Positions 23,365-38,429 of a stretch of 64,000 nucleotides of DNA are shown piece after piece. The notes beneath the pieces are model-generated. The model saw only the letters and a list, made by a program, of their open reading frames with translations, searched no databases and had not been told where the DNA came from. The stretch covers positions 11,756-75,755 of the forward strand of contig NIVC01003813.1 in assembly GCA_002269645.1 (NCBI GenBank), read 5' to 3'. The position numbers and the translations under genes are program-made. The stretch comes from Macrostomum lignano (taxonomy: Eukaryota). Position 1 is the first letter of the stretch. Every line of letters starts with the position of its first letter.

Positions 23365-24000
23365 ATAGGACCCCACAGCTTGGTATAGTCAGGGGGGGTC
23401 ATAGGACCCCACATCTTGGACTAGTCAGGGGGTCATAGGACCCCACAGCTTGGCCTAGTCAGGGGGTCATAGGACCCCACAGCTTGGCCTAGTCAGGGGG
23501 TCATAGGACCCCACAGCTTGGCCTAGTCAGGGGGTCATAGGACCCTACAGCTTGGCCTAGTCAGGGGGTCATAGGACCCCACAGCTTGGTATAGCTTAGG
23601 GGACATAGGACCTCACAGCTTGGTATAGCTTAGGGGACATAGGACCTCACAGCTTGGTATAGCTTAGGGGACATAGGACCCCACAGCTTGGTATAGCTTA
23701 GGGGACATAGGACCCCACAGCTTAGTCTAGTCAGGGGGGTCATCGGACCCCACAGCTTGGACTAGTCAGGGGGGTCATAGGACCCCACAGATTGGACTAG
23801 TCAGGGGGTCATAGGACCCACAGATTGGACTAGTCAGGGGGTCATAGGACCCACAGATTGGACTAGTCAGGGGTCATAGGACCCCAGAGCTTGGCCTAGT
23901 CAGGGGGGTCATAGGACCCCACAGCTTGGCCTAGTCAGGGGGTCATAGGACTCCAAAACTTGGTTTAATCCTGGGGGGTCATGGGACCCCACAGCTTGGT
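23365..24000. repeat. ~34-bp minisatellite (ataggaccccacagcttggcctagtcagggggtc)
   Basis: Directly visible, ~18 copies. Confidence 0.93.
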
Positions 24001-24409
24001 TTAGAGTAGGAGAGTCATAGGAACTTTAAAGTTGTTAATATACTATTGTAGTAGAGCCTTAACAAGGCATAAGAATCCCACAAGCTAGAAACGGTACTGG
24101 TTAAACTTTTTCAGCGCTTCGCTGTAACTTTTTAAAGTCTACCGCTATCGATACTCTATATTGATTAATTGAATTGGTAGACTACTATATAATAATTATG
24201 ATTTATGACAGCAGCTATAAGCTGACGGCTGATAAGCTGATATTTGATAAGTGGAACAGAGAAATACTTTAGAAACGCATAGGCAGACAGAATTACCACG
24301 CAATGAGTAGGGCGAGTGAGTAAATATTACAGTAGCATTTAATAGTATATAAATATAGATAAACAAAAAGCGATTTAACATGCATAGAGATAAAACACAG
24401 GCCAAATAG

Positions 24410-25520
24410 AGAGAAGAGACAGGCCAGATACAGATAAGAGACGGACCAGATACAGATAAGAGACAGGCCAGATACAGATAAGAGACGTACCAGATACAGA
24501 TAAGAGACAGGCCAGATACAGATAAGAGACAGGCCAGATACAGATAAGAGACAGGCCTGATTCAGATAAGAGACGGACCAGATACAGATAAGAGACAGGC
24601 CAGATACAGATAAGAGACAGGCCAGATACAGATAAGAGACAGGCCTGATTCAGATAAGAGACGGACCAGATACAGATAAGAGACGGACCAGATACAGATA
24701 AGAGACGTACCAGATACAGATAAGAGACAGGCCAGATACAGATAAGAGACGGACCAGATACAGATAAGAGACGTACCAGATACAGATAAGAGACAGGCCA
24801 GATACAGATAAGAGACAGGCCAGATACAGATAAGAGACAGGCCAGATACAGATAAGAGACAGGCCTGATTCAGATAAGAGACGGACCAGATACAGATAAG
24901 AGACAGGCCAGATACAGATAAGAGACGGACCAGATGCATATAAGAGACGGACCAGATGCATATAAGAGACGGACCAGATGCATATAAGAGACGGACCAGA
25001 TGCATATAAGAGACGGACCAGATGCATATAAGAGACGGACCAGATGCATATAAGAGACGGACCAGATACAGATAAGAGACGGACCAGATGCATATAAGAG
25101 ACGGACCAGATGCAGATAAGAGACGGACCAGATGCATATAAGAGACGGACCAGATACAGATAAGAGACGGACCAGATACAGATAAGAGACGGACCAGATG
25201 CATATAAGAGACGGACCAGATGCATATAAGAGACGGACCAGATACAGATAAGAGACGGACCAGATGCATATAAGAGACGGACCAGATGCATATAAGAGAC
25301 GGACCAGATGCATATAAGAGACGGACCAGATGCATATAAGAGACGGACCAGATGCATATAAGAGACGGACCAGATGCATATAAGAGACGGACCAGATGCA
25401 TATAAGAGACGGACCAGATGCATATAAGAGACGGACCAGATACAGATAAGAGACGGACCAGATACAGATAAGAGACGGACCAGATACAGATAAGAGACGG
25501 ACCAGATACAGATAAGAGAC
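24410..25520. repeat. 22-bp minisatellite (gagacggaccagatacagataa)
   Basis: Directly visible, ~50 copies. Confidence 0.95.
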
Positions 25521-25974
25521 CAACTGAGCTAAACTAACCGAACCGATCAAAGATCAGCCACCAGTACACTGCTCCAGAACGCCCCTATACTCAATATAAA
25601 AATTGATTGCTGTAAACTGCGTGGGAGTGAAATGGCATGCGCGCCTGAGCGAGCAGCCACTTTTTTTCACTCCTCTACTATTTGCTACCTCGCGGTGCAA
25701 GCAGCAAAATATATGAAATAAGAGTGCGGGATTAGGACTTTTGGACACGAAATACGATCTCACTAATTAAGAATATTCACGCCTTATAATTATCGGAGCT
25801 GCAGGCCACCAAAAGATAAGCGATTGTAGGCTTTGGTAAAAGACTGTCTGTAGACTTAATTAATAACTATTCTAAAAGCGAAAGTTGATCCATGATTAGG
25901 AGAAATTAATACTGAAAAACACACATTGTGGGTTCTCTTGCAAAAGAAAAATTGCTTTGATTGTATTTTCGTGT

Positions 25975-26980
25975 AGAGAACAAGAGGTGGGCAGAGGAGC
26001 GGGAGGGTGAGAACAAGCGGTGGGCAGAGGAGCGGGAGGGTGAGAACAAGCGGTGGGCAGAGGAGAGGGAGGGTGAGAACAAGCAGTGGGCAGAGGAGAG
26101 GGAGGGTGAGAACAAGCGGTGGGCAGAGGAGAGGGAGGGTGAGAACAAGCGGTGGGCAGAGGAGAGGGAGGGTGAGAACAAGCGGTGGGCAGAGGAGAGG
26201 GAGGGTGAGAACAAGCGGTGGGCAGAGGAGAGGGAGGGTGAGAACAAGCGGTGGGCAGAGGAGAGGGAGGGTGAGAACAAGCGGTGGGCAGAGGAGAGGG
26301 AGGGTGAGAACAAGCGGTGGGCAGAGGAGAGGGAGGGTGAGAACAAGCGGTGGGCAGAGGAGAGGGAGGGTGAGAACAAGCGGTGGGCAGAGGAGAGGGA
26401 GGGTGAGAACAAGCGGTGGGCAGAGGAGAGGGAGGGTGAGAACAAGCGGTGGGCAGAGGAGAGGGAGGGTGAGAACAAGCGGTGGGCAGAGGAGAGGGAG
26501 GGTGAGAACAAGCAGTGGGAAGAGGAGAGGGAGAGTGAGAACAAGCGGCACAGAAGAGAGGAGAGGAAGGGGAGGGTGAGAAGAAGCGGTAGAGAGGAGA
26601 GAAAGGGAGGGTGAGAACAGGCGGTAGTGAGGAGAGGAGAGGGAGGGTGAGAACAAGCGGCAGAGGAGAGGAAGGGGAGGGTGAGAACAAGCGGCAGAGG
26701 AGAGGAAGGGGAGGGTGAGAACAAGCGGCAGAGAGGAAGGGGAGGGTGAGAACAAGCGGCAGAGGAGAGGAAGGGGAGGGTGAGAACAAGCGGCAGAGGA
26801 GAGGAAGGGGAGGGTGAGAACAAGCAGCAGAGTAGAGGAAGGGGAGGGTGAGAACAAGGGTGAGAACAAGCGGCAGGGAGGAGAGGAAGGGGAGGCTGAG
26901 AACAAGCAGCAGAGTAGAGGAAGGGGAGGGTGAGAGGAAGGATGAGAACAAGCGGCAGAGAGGAGAGGAAGGGAGGGTAA
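25975..26980. repeat. 27-bp purine-rich minisatellite (gagaacaagcggtgggcagaggagaggagg-type) and derivatives
   Basis: Directly visible. Confidence 0.95.
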
Positions 26981-27078
26981 GATCAAGGAGGAAGCGGCGC
27001 AGTGAGGAGAAATAAGCAGAAGAGAGGAGTGAGACAAGGACACAGCTAACTAAGGCAGACAAGCGGGCAACCCGCAAA

Positions 27079-27231
27079 CAGTGTTGGGCAAGTTACTCAA
27101 AAAAAGTAACTTGCGTTACTGTAACTTAAGTTACCAATTTTTAAAAAGTAACTTGCGTAAGGAACGCTTTACGAAAAAGTAACTTGCGTTACCATTTGCA
27201 AGTTACTCGGTAACGGAAGTGCCCAACACTG
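27079..27231. mobile_element. 153-bp hAT-type MITE
   Basis: TIRs cagtgttgggca / tgcccaacactg. Exact 8-bp TSD cccgcaaa at 27071-27078 and 27232-27239. Internal repeats of aagtaacttgcgtta. Confidence 0.9.
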
Positions 27232-27689
27232 CCCGCAAAGTATTGAATGCTAGTGAAAATACGAGCTATCTATGGAGTAAAGAGAAGGACAACTGGACAA
27301 GGTCTCTAATATTGGCACAAGGGCCAACGTATAGAAGTCGTACAAAGCCACAATAAGGCCAGGATAAGCCTAACTTGGTAACAGTATAAGTATATTGAAG
27401 GGCAAAACCAGAACAAATACGGAAAATCTGCGCAGGAAAAATCTCTGCAAATCTTATACCAAGGCCCGCCCTCCCTCCCCTGGCTGGCGTGTTGTTTCGT
27501 CACCCTGCCAGTCGGAGAGGAACTTCAATATTTGGCCACATAGTAGCCACGGCCTGTATAAACTCAACTACACAACCAACTCAACAGATTGGAGAGTCCT
27601 CTGTGCACGTTTTTGACAATATATAACTACATCATCGTACCAAAACGACAAGATCGTAGCAAAAATGATATAAAAATTGGAGACAGGAG

Positions 27690-28980
27690 AAGGGAGGCAG
27701 GAGAGGGAGAGAGGCGGGAGAGGATGAGAGGCTGGAGAGGGAGAGAGGCGGGAGTGGGAGAGAGATGGGAGAGAGACGAGAGAGGGAGGGAGGCGGGAGT
27801 GGGAGAGAGATGGGAGAGGGAGAGAAGCGGGAGAGGGAGAGAGATGGGAGTGGGAGAGAGGCAGGAGAGGGAGAGAGGCAGGAGAGGGAAGAGGCGGAAG
27901 AGGGAGAGAGGCGGGAGTGGGAGAAAGGCGGGAGAGGGAGAGAGATATGAGAGGGAGAGAAGCGGGAGAGGGAGAGAGATGGGAGTGGGAGAGAGGCAGG
28001 AGAGGGAGAGAGGCAGGAGAGGGAAGAGGCGGAAGAGGGAGAGAGGCGGGAGTGGGAGAGAGGCGGGAGAGGGGGAGAGACGGGAGAGGGAGAGGGGTGG
28101 GAGAGGGGAGAGACGGGAGAGGGAGAGAGGCGGGAGAGGGGAGAGACGGGAGAGGGAGAGAGACGGAAGAGGGAGAGAGATGGGAGAGGGAGAGAGACGG
28201 GAGAGGGAGAGAAGGCGGGAGAGGGAGAGAGGCGGGAGTGGGAGAGAGGCGGGAGTGGGAGAGAGATGGGAGAGAGACGAGAGAGGGAGGGAGGCGGGAG
28301 TGGGAGAGAGATGGGAGAGGGAGAGAAGCGGGAGAGGGAGAGAGATGGGAGTGGGAGAGAGGCAGGAGAGGGAGAGAGACGGGAGAGGGAGAGAAGGCGG
28401 GAGAGGGAGAGAGGCGGAAGAGGGAGAGAGATGGAGAGGGAGAGAGACGGGAGAGGGAGAGAAGGCGGGAGAGGGAGAGAGGCGGGAGTGGGAGAGAGGC
28501 GGGAGTGGGAGAGAGATGGGAGAGAGACGAGAGAGGTAGAGAGGCGGGAGTGGGAGAGAGATGGGAGAGAGACGAGAGAGGGAGGGAGGCGGGAGTAGGA
28601 GAGAGATGGGAGAGGGAGAGAAGCGGGAGAGGGAGAGAGATGGGAGTGGGAGAGAGATGGGAGAGGGAGAGAGACGGGAGAGGGAGAGAAGGCGGGAGAG
28701 GGAGAGAGGCGGGAGTGGGAGAGAGGCGGGAGTGGGAGAGAGATGGGAGAGAGACGAGAGAGGTAGAGAGGCGGGAGTGGGAGAGAGATGGGAGAGAGAC
28801 GAGAGAGGGAGGGAGGCGGGAGTAGGAGAGAGATGGGAGAGGGAGAGAAGCGGGAGAGGGAGAGAGATGGGAGTGGGAGAGAGGCAGGAGAGGGAAGAGG
28901 CGGAAGAGGGAGAGAGGCGGGAGTGGGAGAGAGGCGGGAGAGGGAGAGAGATGGGAGAGGGAGAGAGGCAGGAGTGAGAG
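27690..28980. repeat. Complex G/A-rich low-complexity satellite
   Basis: Directly visible reiterated gggagagggagagaggc-type blocks. Confidence 0.93.
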
Positions 28981-29739
28981 GGAAAGAGAAGATTAAGAGA
29001 AAAGAAACGGATTAAAGAGCACAGTAAGAAACAGAGAGTGCAGCAGAAACTAAACAAACCAAAATGGAGAGGGAGAGAAAGCAACATGCACACGGGATAC
29101 AAAGTGCGTACTAAATAAATAAAATAATGAGTACACACACACGCACGCACAATGAGCTTAGTCGGCTGCCATAACCCTGGCCCACACCGGCAGTTCCGCT
29201 GTCGCCCATTTCGCCAATCGATCAGACAGAGAGGAGAGAGAGGCGAATAGATTCCATAGCTATAATATGGCATGCGCGAGAGCCTGCACCAACACCACCC
29301 ACACAAAACTGGGGTGTGGCCTAAGAGCTTACAGAAGTGGTTGAAAAAAAACGGAGTAAACGCCTTTTTTATACACTGTGGCAACGTAGCTACGACTATA
29401 TATTGTATATATGTATATGGTACGTACACCCCAACTACTTAAGAAAAAATATACACCAGTACATGGAAATTAAGAATAAATTATATGACCATATAAAAAA
29501 GTCAAAATATACTGCATTGTTAGTTCGCTCCCAATGCCTTCCCCTGTTAAACCTAATAAATTATAATTTGCAGATTATTACTTACTGTTCTCTAAAAGAA
29601 CTTACTATAAATACAAGTGTAAGTGCTGAATACGAAAAGTGATGCAAAATTCTAACAACAATAAAAGTACTAATAGGAATTTACTTTTACACAGTTGTAT
29701 AAGCGATTTTAAATGACCGATTACCAACTATTTTGGTTC

Positions 29740-30380
29740 TCTATTCTCACCATAGCTCTCTCTATTCTCACCATAGCTCTCTCCATTCTCACCATAGCTC
29801 TCTCTATTCTCACCATAGCTCTCTCCATTCTCACCATAGCTCTCTCTATTCTCACCATAGCTCTCTCCATTCTCACCATAGCTCTCTCTATTCTCACCAT
29901 AGCTCTCTCTATTCTCACCATAGCTCTCTCCATTCTCACCATAGCTCTCTCTATTCTCACCATAGCTCTCTCTATTCTCACCATAGCTCTCTCCATTCTC
30001 ACCATAGCTCTCTCTATTCTCACCATAGCTCTCTCTATTCTCACCATAGCTCTCTCTATTCTCACCATAGCTCTCGCTATTCTCACCATAACTCTCTATT
30101 CTCACCGTAGCTCCCTCTTTTCTGACTGTAGCTCCCTCTATTCTCACTGTACCTCTCTCTACTCTCACTATAACCCCCTCTTTTCTGACTGTAAACCCCC
30201 TCTATTTTGACTGTACCTCCCTCTATTCTCACTGTACCTCTCTTTATTCTCACCATAACTCTCTATTCTCACCGTAGCTCTCTCTATTCTCACCGTAGCT
30301 CTCTCTATTCTCACCGTAGCTCTCTCTATTCTCACTGTAGCTCTCTTTTCTCATCATAACTTGCTCTATTATCACCGTAG
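29740..30380. repeat. 21-bp minisatellite (ctattctcaccatagctctct)
   Basis: Directly visible. Confidence 0.95.
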
Positions 30381-31294
30381 CTCTCTCTTTATGCTCACCG
30401 TGATAAGTTGTAACTCAACATATCGGCACTACATTCAACTACCTACTTTTCTTACTGATGTTGATACAATTTTGAAACAAAAAATTCTACATAACTTTCA
30501 TAAGCAAGATTTTAACCAACTAAAACTAAAGCTTTAATTTAACGTGGTTAGAAAATAAATTAAACAAATAGCAACAATAAAGTTTTAATTGGTTCGCACA
30601 AAAAATCAATCAGTTAACACACAAGCCCAAATAATTTTTAGTGTTTATTTAGCAACCTAGATTATATATGCACACAGAATTATTGCAATAAATATTACTC
30701 TTTTAATTATCTATATATAGCCTATTTATACTGTCACTTCTAAAAGAATTTTTGTTAGATGTGTAATATGCATAGCTACCGTAATTAATTCACCCATAGC
30801 CATATCATAGCATTTATAAATAATAAATTAATATTTACTAATACTCGATTGAAACAGCAATTTTCGGCCATTCTCAAGTTTAAAACAGGCGAAATGATCA
30901 TCAAGACAATTAACATGGGTAAGGATTTAATCGTTAAAAACAAACAGGGAAAATTATGTCATAAAATATTAAACGCATTACGATTCAACCAGTTGACGAA
31001 ATCAACAAAACATTATGACTGACGCTACGGATATCAGCGAGATAGCAAATTAACTTTACAGATCTGCTACTGACTTGCACAATAATCAGATTTACCCGTA
31101 GTGATGTTACCATCTATCCGTAAGTATTAGTTATATAAGATGCTCAATGAATTGGTGTTTCTAAGAATGGTTTATTTTTTAGTCTCTTTTTGGGCGATTC
31201 TTGAAATTTCTATATTTTGTCAATCCTTGGAGCTGTCCTACTGAAGTATAAATATACTTCATACTAAGAAGCTATTCTTAGAAATGTCTTGGGA

Positions 31295-32930
31295 GATTCT
31301 TAGAATTGCCCTATTTCGGGCGATTCTTAGAATTGCTCTATTTTGGGCGATTCTTAGAATTGCTCTATTTTGGGCGATTCTTAGAATTGCTCTATTTTGG
31401 GCGATTCTTAGAATTGCTCTATTTTGGGCGATTCTTAGAATTGCTCTATTTTGGGCGATTCTTAGAATTGCTCTATTTTGGGTGATTCTTAGAATTGCTC
31501 TATTTTGGGCGATTCTTAGAATTGCTCTATTTTGGGTGATTCTTAGAATTGCTCTATTTTGGGCGATTCTTAGAATTGCCTTATTTTGGGTGATTCTTAG
31601 AATTGCCCTATTTTGGGTGATTCTTAGAATTGCTCTATTTTGGGCGATTCTTAGAATTGCTCTATTTTGGGTGATGCTTACAACTGATCTATTTTGGGTG
31701 ATTCTTAGAATTGATCTACTTTGGGCGATTCTTAGAATTGCTCTAACTCGGGCGATGCTTAGAATTGCCCTATTTTGGGTGATTCTTAGAATTGCCCTAT
31801 TTTGGGTGATTCTTAGAATTGCTCTATTTTGGGTGATGCTTACAACTGATCTATTTTGGGCGATTCTTAGAATTGCTCTATTTTGGGCGATTCTTAGAAT
31901 TGCTCTATTTTGGGCGATTCTTAGAATTGCTCTATTTTGGGCGATTCTTAGAATTGCTCTATTTTGGGTGATTCTTAGAATTGCTCTATTTTGGGCGATT
32001 CTTAGAATTGCTCTATTTTGGGTGATTCTTAGAATTGCTCTATTTTGGGCGATTCTTAGAATTGCCTTATTTTGGGTGATTCTTAGAATTGCCCTATTTT
32101 GGGTGATTCTTAGAATTGCTCTATTTTGGGCGATTCTTAGAATTGCTCTATTTTGGGTGATGCTTACAACTGATCTATTTTGGGTGATTCTTAGAATTGA
32201 TCTACTTTGGGCGATTCTTAGAATTGCTCTAACTCGGGCGATGCTTAGAATTGCCCTATTTTGGGTGATTCTTAGAATTGCCCTATTTTGGGTGATTCTT
32301 AGAATTGCTCTATTTTGGGTGATGCTTACAACTGATCTATTTTGGGCGATTCTTAGAATTGCTCTATTTTGGGCGATTCTTAGAATTGCTCTATTTTGGG
32401 CGATTCTTAGAATTGCTCTATTTTGGGCGATTCTTAGAATTGCTCTATTTTGGGTGATTCTTAGAATTGCTCTATTTTGGGCGATTCTTAGAATTGCCTT
32501 ATTTTGGGTGATTCTTAGAATTGCCCTATTTTGGGTGATTCTTAGAATTGCTCTATTTTGGGCGATTCTTAGAATTGCTCTATTTTGGGTGATGCTTACA
32601 ACTGATCTATTTTGGGTGATTCTTAGAATTGATCTACTTTGGGCGATTCTTAGAATTGCTCTAACTCGGGCGATGCTTAGAATTGCCCTATTTTGGGTGA
32701 TTCTTAGAATTGATCTATTTTGGGTGATTCTTAGAATTGCTCTATTTTGGGTGATTCTTAGAATTGATCTATTTTGGGTGATTCTTAGAATTGCTCTATT
32801 TTGGGTGATTCTTAGAATTGCTTTATTTTGGGTGATTCTTAGAATTGATCTATTTTGGGTGATTCTTAGAATTGCTCTATTTTGGGTGATTCTTAGAATT
32901 GCTTTATTTTGGGTGATTCTTAGAACTGGT
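31295..32930. repeat. 27-bp minisatellite (ttcttagaattgctctattttgggcga), ~60 copies, with three higher-order blocks
   Basis: A variant cassette (gatgcttacaactgatc...ctctaactcggg) recurs at ~31673, ~32159 and ~32591. Confidence 0.96.
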
Positions 32931-33409
32931 TTATTTAGGCGTTCTATAACCCCTAAACTAAGCATTCAAGCGATTCAACGGCAAACTAAAAGCAAACGAC
33001 GGAGCAAAGAAAAAAACATGGAAACAAAAAATCCAGCTGCGTTTTGCACATGAAAATCTTCCACATCAGACCTGACTTTAGAGAGCCAATCAGAAACTTG
33101 AAAAAAGGCACTAATTCACTGTCTTGTAAAATTTGAAAAAAAACCTAATGGCATCAGTTGTAATTTGGTCAAAAAAGTACTGGAAGAACTTTCTTAAATT
33201 GAGGAGACATTAAACGCTTCTGGAAGTTGAGATAAACGAAACAAAAAATAGAAATTGATTGGCAATTAAAAATTAGAAATCAGCAATTCTGCAGTGAGCC
33301 ATTCTGAACAGAACAGGAAGTAGGGGTGTGCAGGACATCGAGATTACATGTAATTTTAGTGGCGAGTGTGCTATGCACCGCTTTGTACAGAATTCTGTAT
33401 TGAGGACAT

Positions 33410-33980
33410 ATTTAGCGCCATCCACATGCACATTTGGCGACACTCAGACACATTTGGCGCCAATAGGACACATTTAGCGCCGTCTAGACACACATTTAGC
33501 GCCATCCAGACACATTTAGATCCGAACAGACACATTTGACGCTACTTGGACACATTTAACGCCAATCAGACACACAGATCTGAGACGACATTTTGTATTG
33601 ACCACGCACATTTTGGGACATCAGGACACATCTGGAGTCACTCAGACACATTTAGCGCCATCGAGACACACATTACGAACCACCCAGACACATTTAGTGC
33701 TACCCACACATTTGGCGCCACCTAGAAAAATTGAACGCCAGACATACATTTGGCGCCAGTCAGACAAACATTAGGCGCCACCCAGACACACATTAGGCGC
33801 CACTCAGACAAACATTCGGCGCCATCCAGACACACATTAGGCGCCATCCAGACACACATTAGGCGCTACCCAGACACACATTAGGCGCCATCCAGACACA
33901 CATTAGGCGCCACCCAGACACACATTAGGCGCCATCCAGACACACATTTGGCGCCACCCAGACACATTTAGCGCCACAGA
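33410..33980. repeat. Degenerate ~22-bp minisatellite (cagacacacattaggcgccac)
   Basis: Directly visible; more regular towards the 3' end. Confidence 0.85.
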
Positions 33981-34417
33981 AAACCAGTTTAGACACACTC
34001 AGCCGTTTGCCCTCTTCAAACAACCAGTCTAGACTTTAAACTCTGTCTTAAATTGTGAACGCCATTGACTGGAACCAACCGAAAATCTATTAAACGAATA
34101 AAACGAATTCCATTCTCTATGGAACGATCTGGTTGATAAATAATGGCGCAGGAAAATAAAAACAATTTGTTTACGGAGTTCGCACGGTGCAGCGCAAGGA
34201 GTACATTAAATTATAAACAGAAGGCTTCGTTCAATACGCAGCCAATGCAAATCATAACCCCACACAGAAACTCTAATTGTTATTATCAGACAAATAATTT
34301 TCAAAATGACAACATTCAACACGGCATACAACAGCAAGAAACCCATGGACAAGCAATGAACTGTACAACTGTAATACCGACCACCGAACAAAGCTTTACT
34401 CTGTTTGTGTTGCTTTT

Positions 34418-36259
<1,842 letters not shown>

Positions 36260-36570
36260 TGCTAGCTCTAGCTATTAATAATCTCAAACAATCTGAGTTA
36301 GTTTTAACTGCAATCCAATCAGGCCGAGTTAGTAAAGTACAATTAGAAACTTATTAGACATCTGGCGTGATTGGGCGCAGAAATTAGTTTCATTGAAAGT
36401 TGATAAATCATGATTGATTAGCATAAAAAATATGATACATTTACAGCAGTACCAAATTATTGCATTGATTTTAATGCAGGTATCTAGCAATTGTTAACAC
36501 TGAAAATTACTTGTTTTTTGAGAGCTTTTGTATGCAGATTTTATGAATATTGTCTAATAAGTTTATTAGA

Positions 36571-36835
36571 GGGGTTGCAGCCTAGTGGTCAGAGCGTTGG
36601 ACTCATGATTTGAAGGTCGGGGGTTCGATTTTCGACCCACTCGGAACAATTTGTGTCCGGGTGCCGGTATTAGCTGGGGGCTGGGGTAATTCAGGGTGTA
36701 TGTGTGGTGACCCCCCCTCCCCTTAGTCGTTGGACTGAACAGCCATACACAGCCTATAGATGCACGCGCAATAGCTGCGGCTGAGCTGTCAGTTACACAT
36801 ATGCTAATTAGGACAGGTGTAATAAATTACTATTA
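36571..36835 (+). mobile_element. tRNA-derived SINE-like element (tRNA-like head with CAT anticodon-like loop at 36571-36642)
   Basis: A-box-like gcagcctagtgg, B-box ggttcgatt and loop ctcatga. Anticodon and T stems pair poorly. A ~190-nt GC-richer body follows in otherwise AT-rich DNA. Confidence 0.6.
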
Positions 36836-37914
36836 ATAGCTTTATGAGCAATGATCTTAATTGCAGTAGAGCTATGGAGCACCTCAGCACAATGCCTTTG
36901 GCGCCATCGTCCCACAGCCAGCACTGAGGCAATTCCACTGACTCCTAAGCGGCCTAGACTTTCTAGTCATCAGGCATGTACACTTTTTGCACCTTGGGGG
37001 TCAGCCTTTGCAGGTTGTGAATAGTACAACAAACCCTCTAGTTAATATTTATGCAAAAGCTTTAAATGAATGTGGCCATGCATGGAATTGAGCCAGGATT
37101 TGTAGCATGGCAGCATGAGAGGCAGATGCATTTATTGCTACTCTACTCTGTAATAGTAATTGAATATTTTCATATTGTTATTTGTATCAGCAGTGTGGTC
37201 ATAAGGCTATAGAAAACACACTTAATGCCATTTAAAACCATTGTATTGTACTTTAATAACCTCAAATTTTCATCATATTTTTAAATGCCATTCATTATCC
37301 TTCCAGAAACTTCTTCAGATTAGCAGCTTATTCATAATATATGCTAGTATTCTATATAGTATTCTACTTATACTTATATTTGCATAACCTATATAATTAA
37401 GAATCTGATCTCTTTGATACAATGCATTCAATCTTTCTAGAAATTTCTGGAAATCATTCATCATATATCTATAAATATATACTGATAGCAGTGACTCAAA
37501 TCACTTTTCAAATCCCTGATCAAATTTCTATTGATTACCTAAACCTAAACAAAGCACTACCTTCTAATAAGTTATTATTATGATAATGAAATCATGACAT
37601 TATAGTAATAGAATATTAGCAAAAGGGTTTTTGGTTATCTGTTCAATTGCCTACTTGTATAAATACTACCTTGATGCAATCAATTCAATGCTCTAAACTA
37701 AATCATCATATACTTGTACTATATATATAGGCTTATACTTTTCACAGATATAAGAAAAAAGCTACATATGCTAAAAAGGGAAAGCATGCTAATAAATTAT
37801 ATCTCATAGAATCAAATGGCTTTTGCCTAACTAGGTATAGTATAAGTTCATCTCAAAAATCAAGAAAATGCAAATAAAAATTATAGATTTGCTTTTATCT
37901 ATACATAACTAGCT

Positions 37915-38110
37915 GATCTGGCAAGGGACCTAGCATCCAGCCAAGATAAATTGCAAAAATACAGACAAATTATTAGTTAGATGATTAGGCATTTAGCCTT
38001 AATAATATAATTATAGTTACTCCTGCCATTTACCTAAAATTATGTTGATTTTTGCTTAGGCTTCTTTCATGGGTAAGTTAAATTTTTGGTCAAAAAGTAA
38101 ATCACAAGGC
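37915..38110 (-). mobile_element. Decayed fragment of the CATACATGCGCAAC MITE family
   Basis: Contains the family blocks ggcatttagcc, gttactcctgcc and ttttggtcaaaaagtaa. Confidence 0.5.
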
Positions 38111-38429
38111 TAGTATACTGGTAAATCAGAGAGGTTGCATATGAATGCTTGCTTATATATTATTTTTATATATAGAGCCACATATTTTAGCACTATGAAT
38201 TAAAGAATACTTTGGATTTTTCTTAAATGTTTGATATTTAGCTAAAATTGAAGATACAAGCAACAAAAAGTTAATATGAATGAAGCCAATAAGAAAGCTG
38301 CCTAGCATTTGCCACTATCAAAGAAGGCTAAGACTATATCATAAGGCTTTAATTGCCAAATCTCCTTGGGAACCAACTGACAAATAAGCCATTGTTCTTA
38401 CAAAAAATCTTAGTAAGCATGAAAGATTT

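Noticed and set aside
25519-25540. tRNA A-box-like TAGCTCAGTTGG on the minus strand, abutting the 22-bp array
   Set aside because: No B box, anticodon arm or acceptor partner was found, so it is too short to call a tRNA or SINE.
24562-33053. Numerous 100-600-aa repetitive ORFs (24.5-25.5, 25.9-27.0, 27.6-29.4, 29.7-30.2 and 31.3-33.0 kb)
   Set aside because: Each coincides with a tandem array whose unit lacks stops. There are no domains and no splice support.
36571-36642. Functional tRNA-Met gene
   Set aside because: The anticodon stem is mostly G-T or mismatched, the T stem does not pair, and there is no oligo-T terminator directly downstream. Treated as a SINE head.
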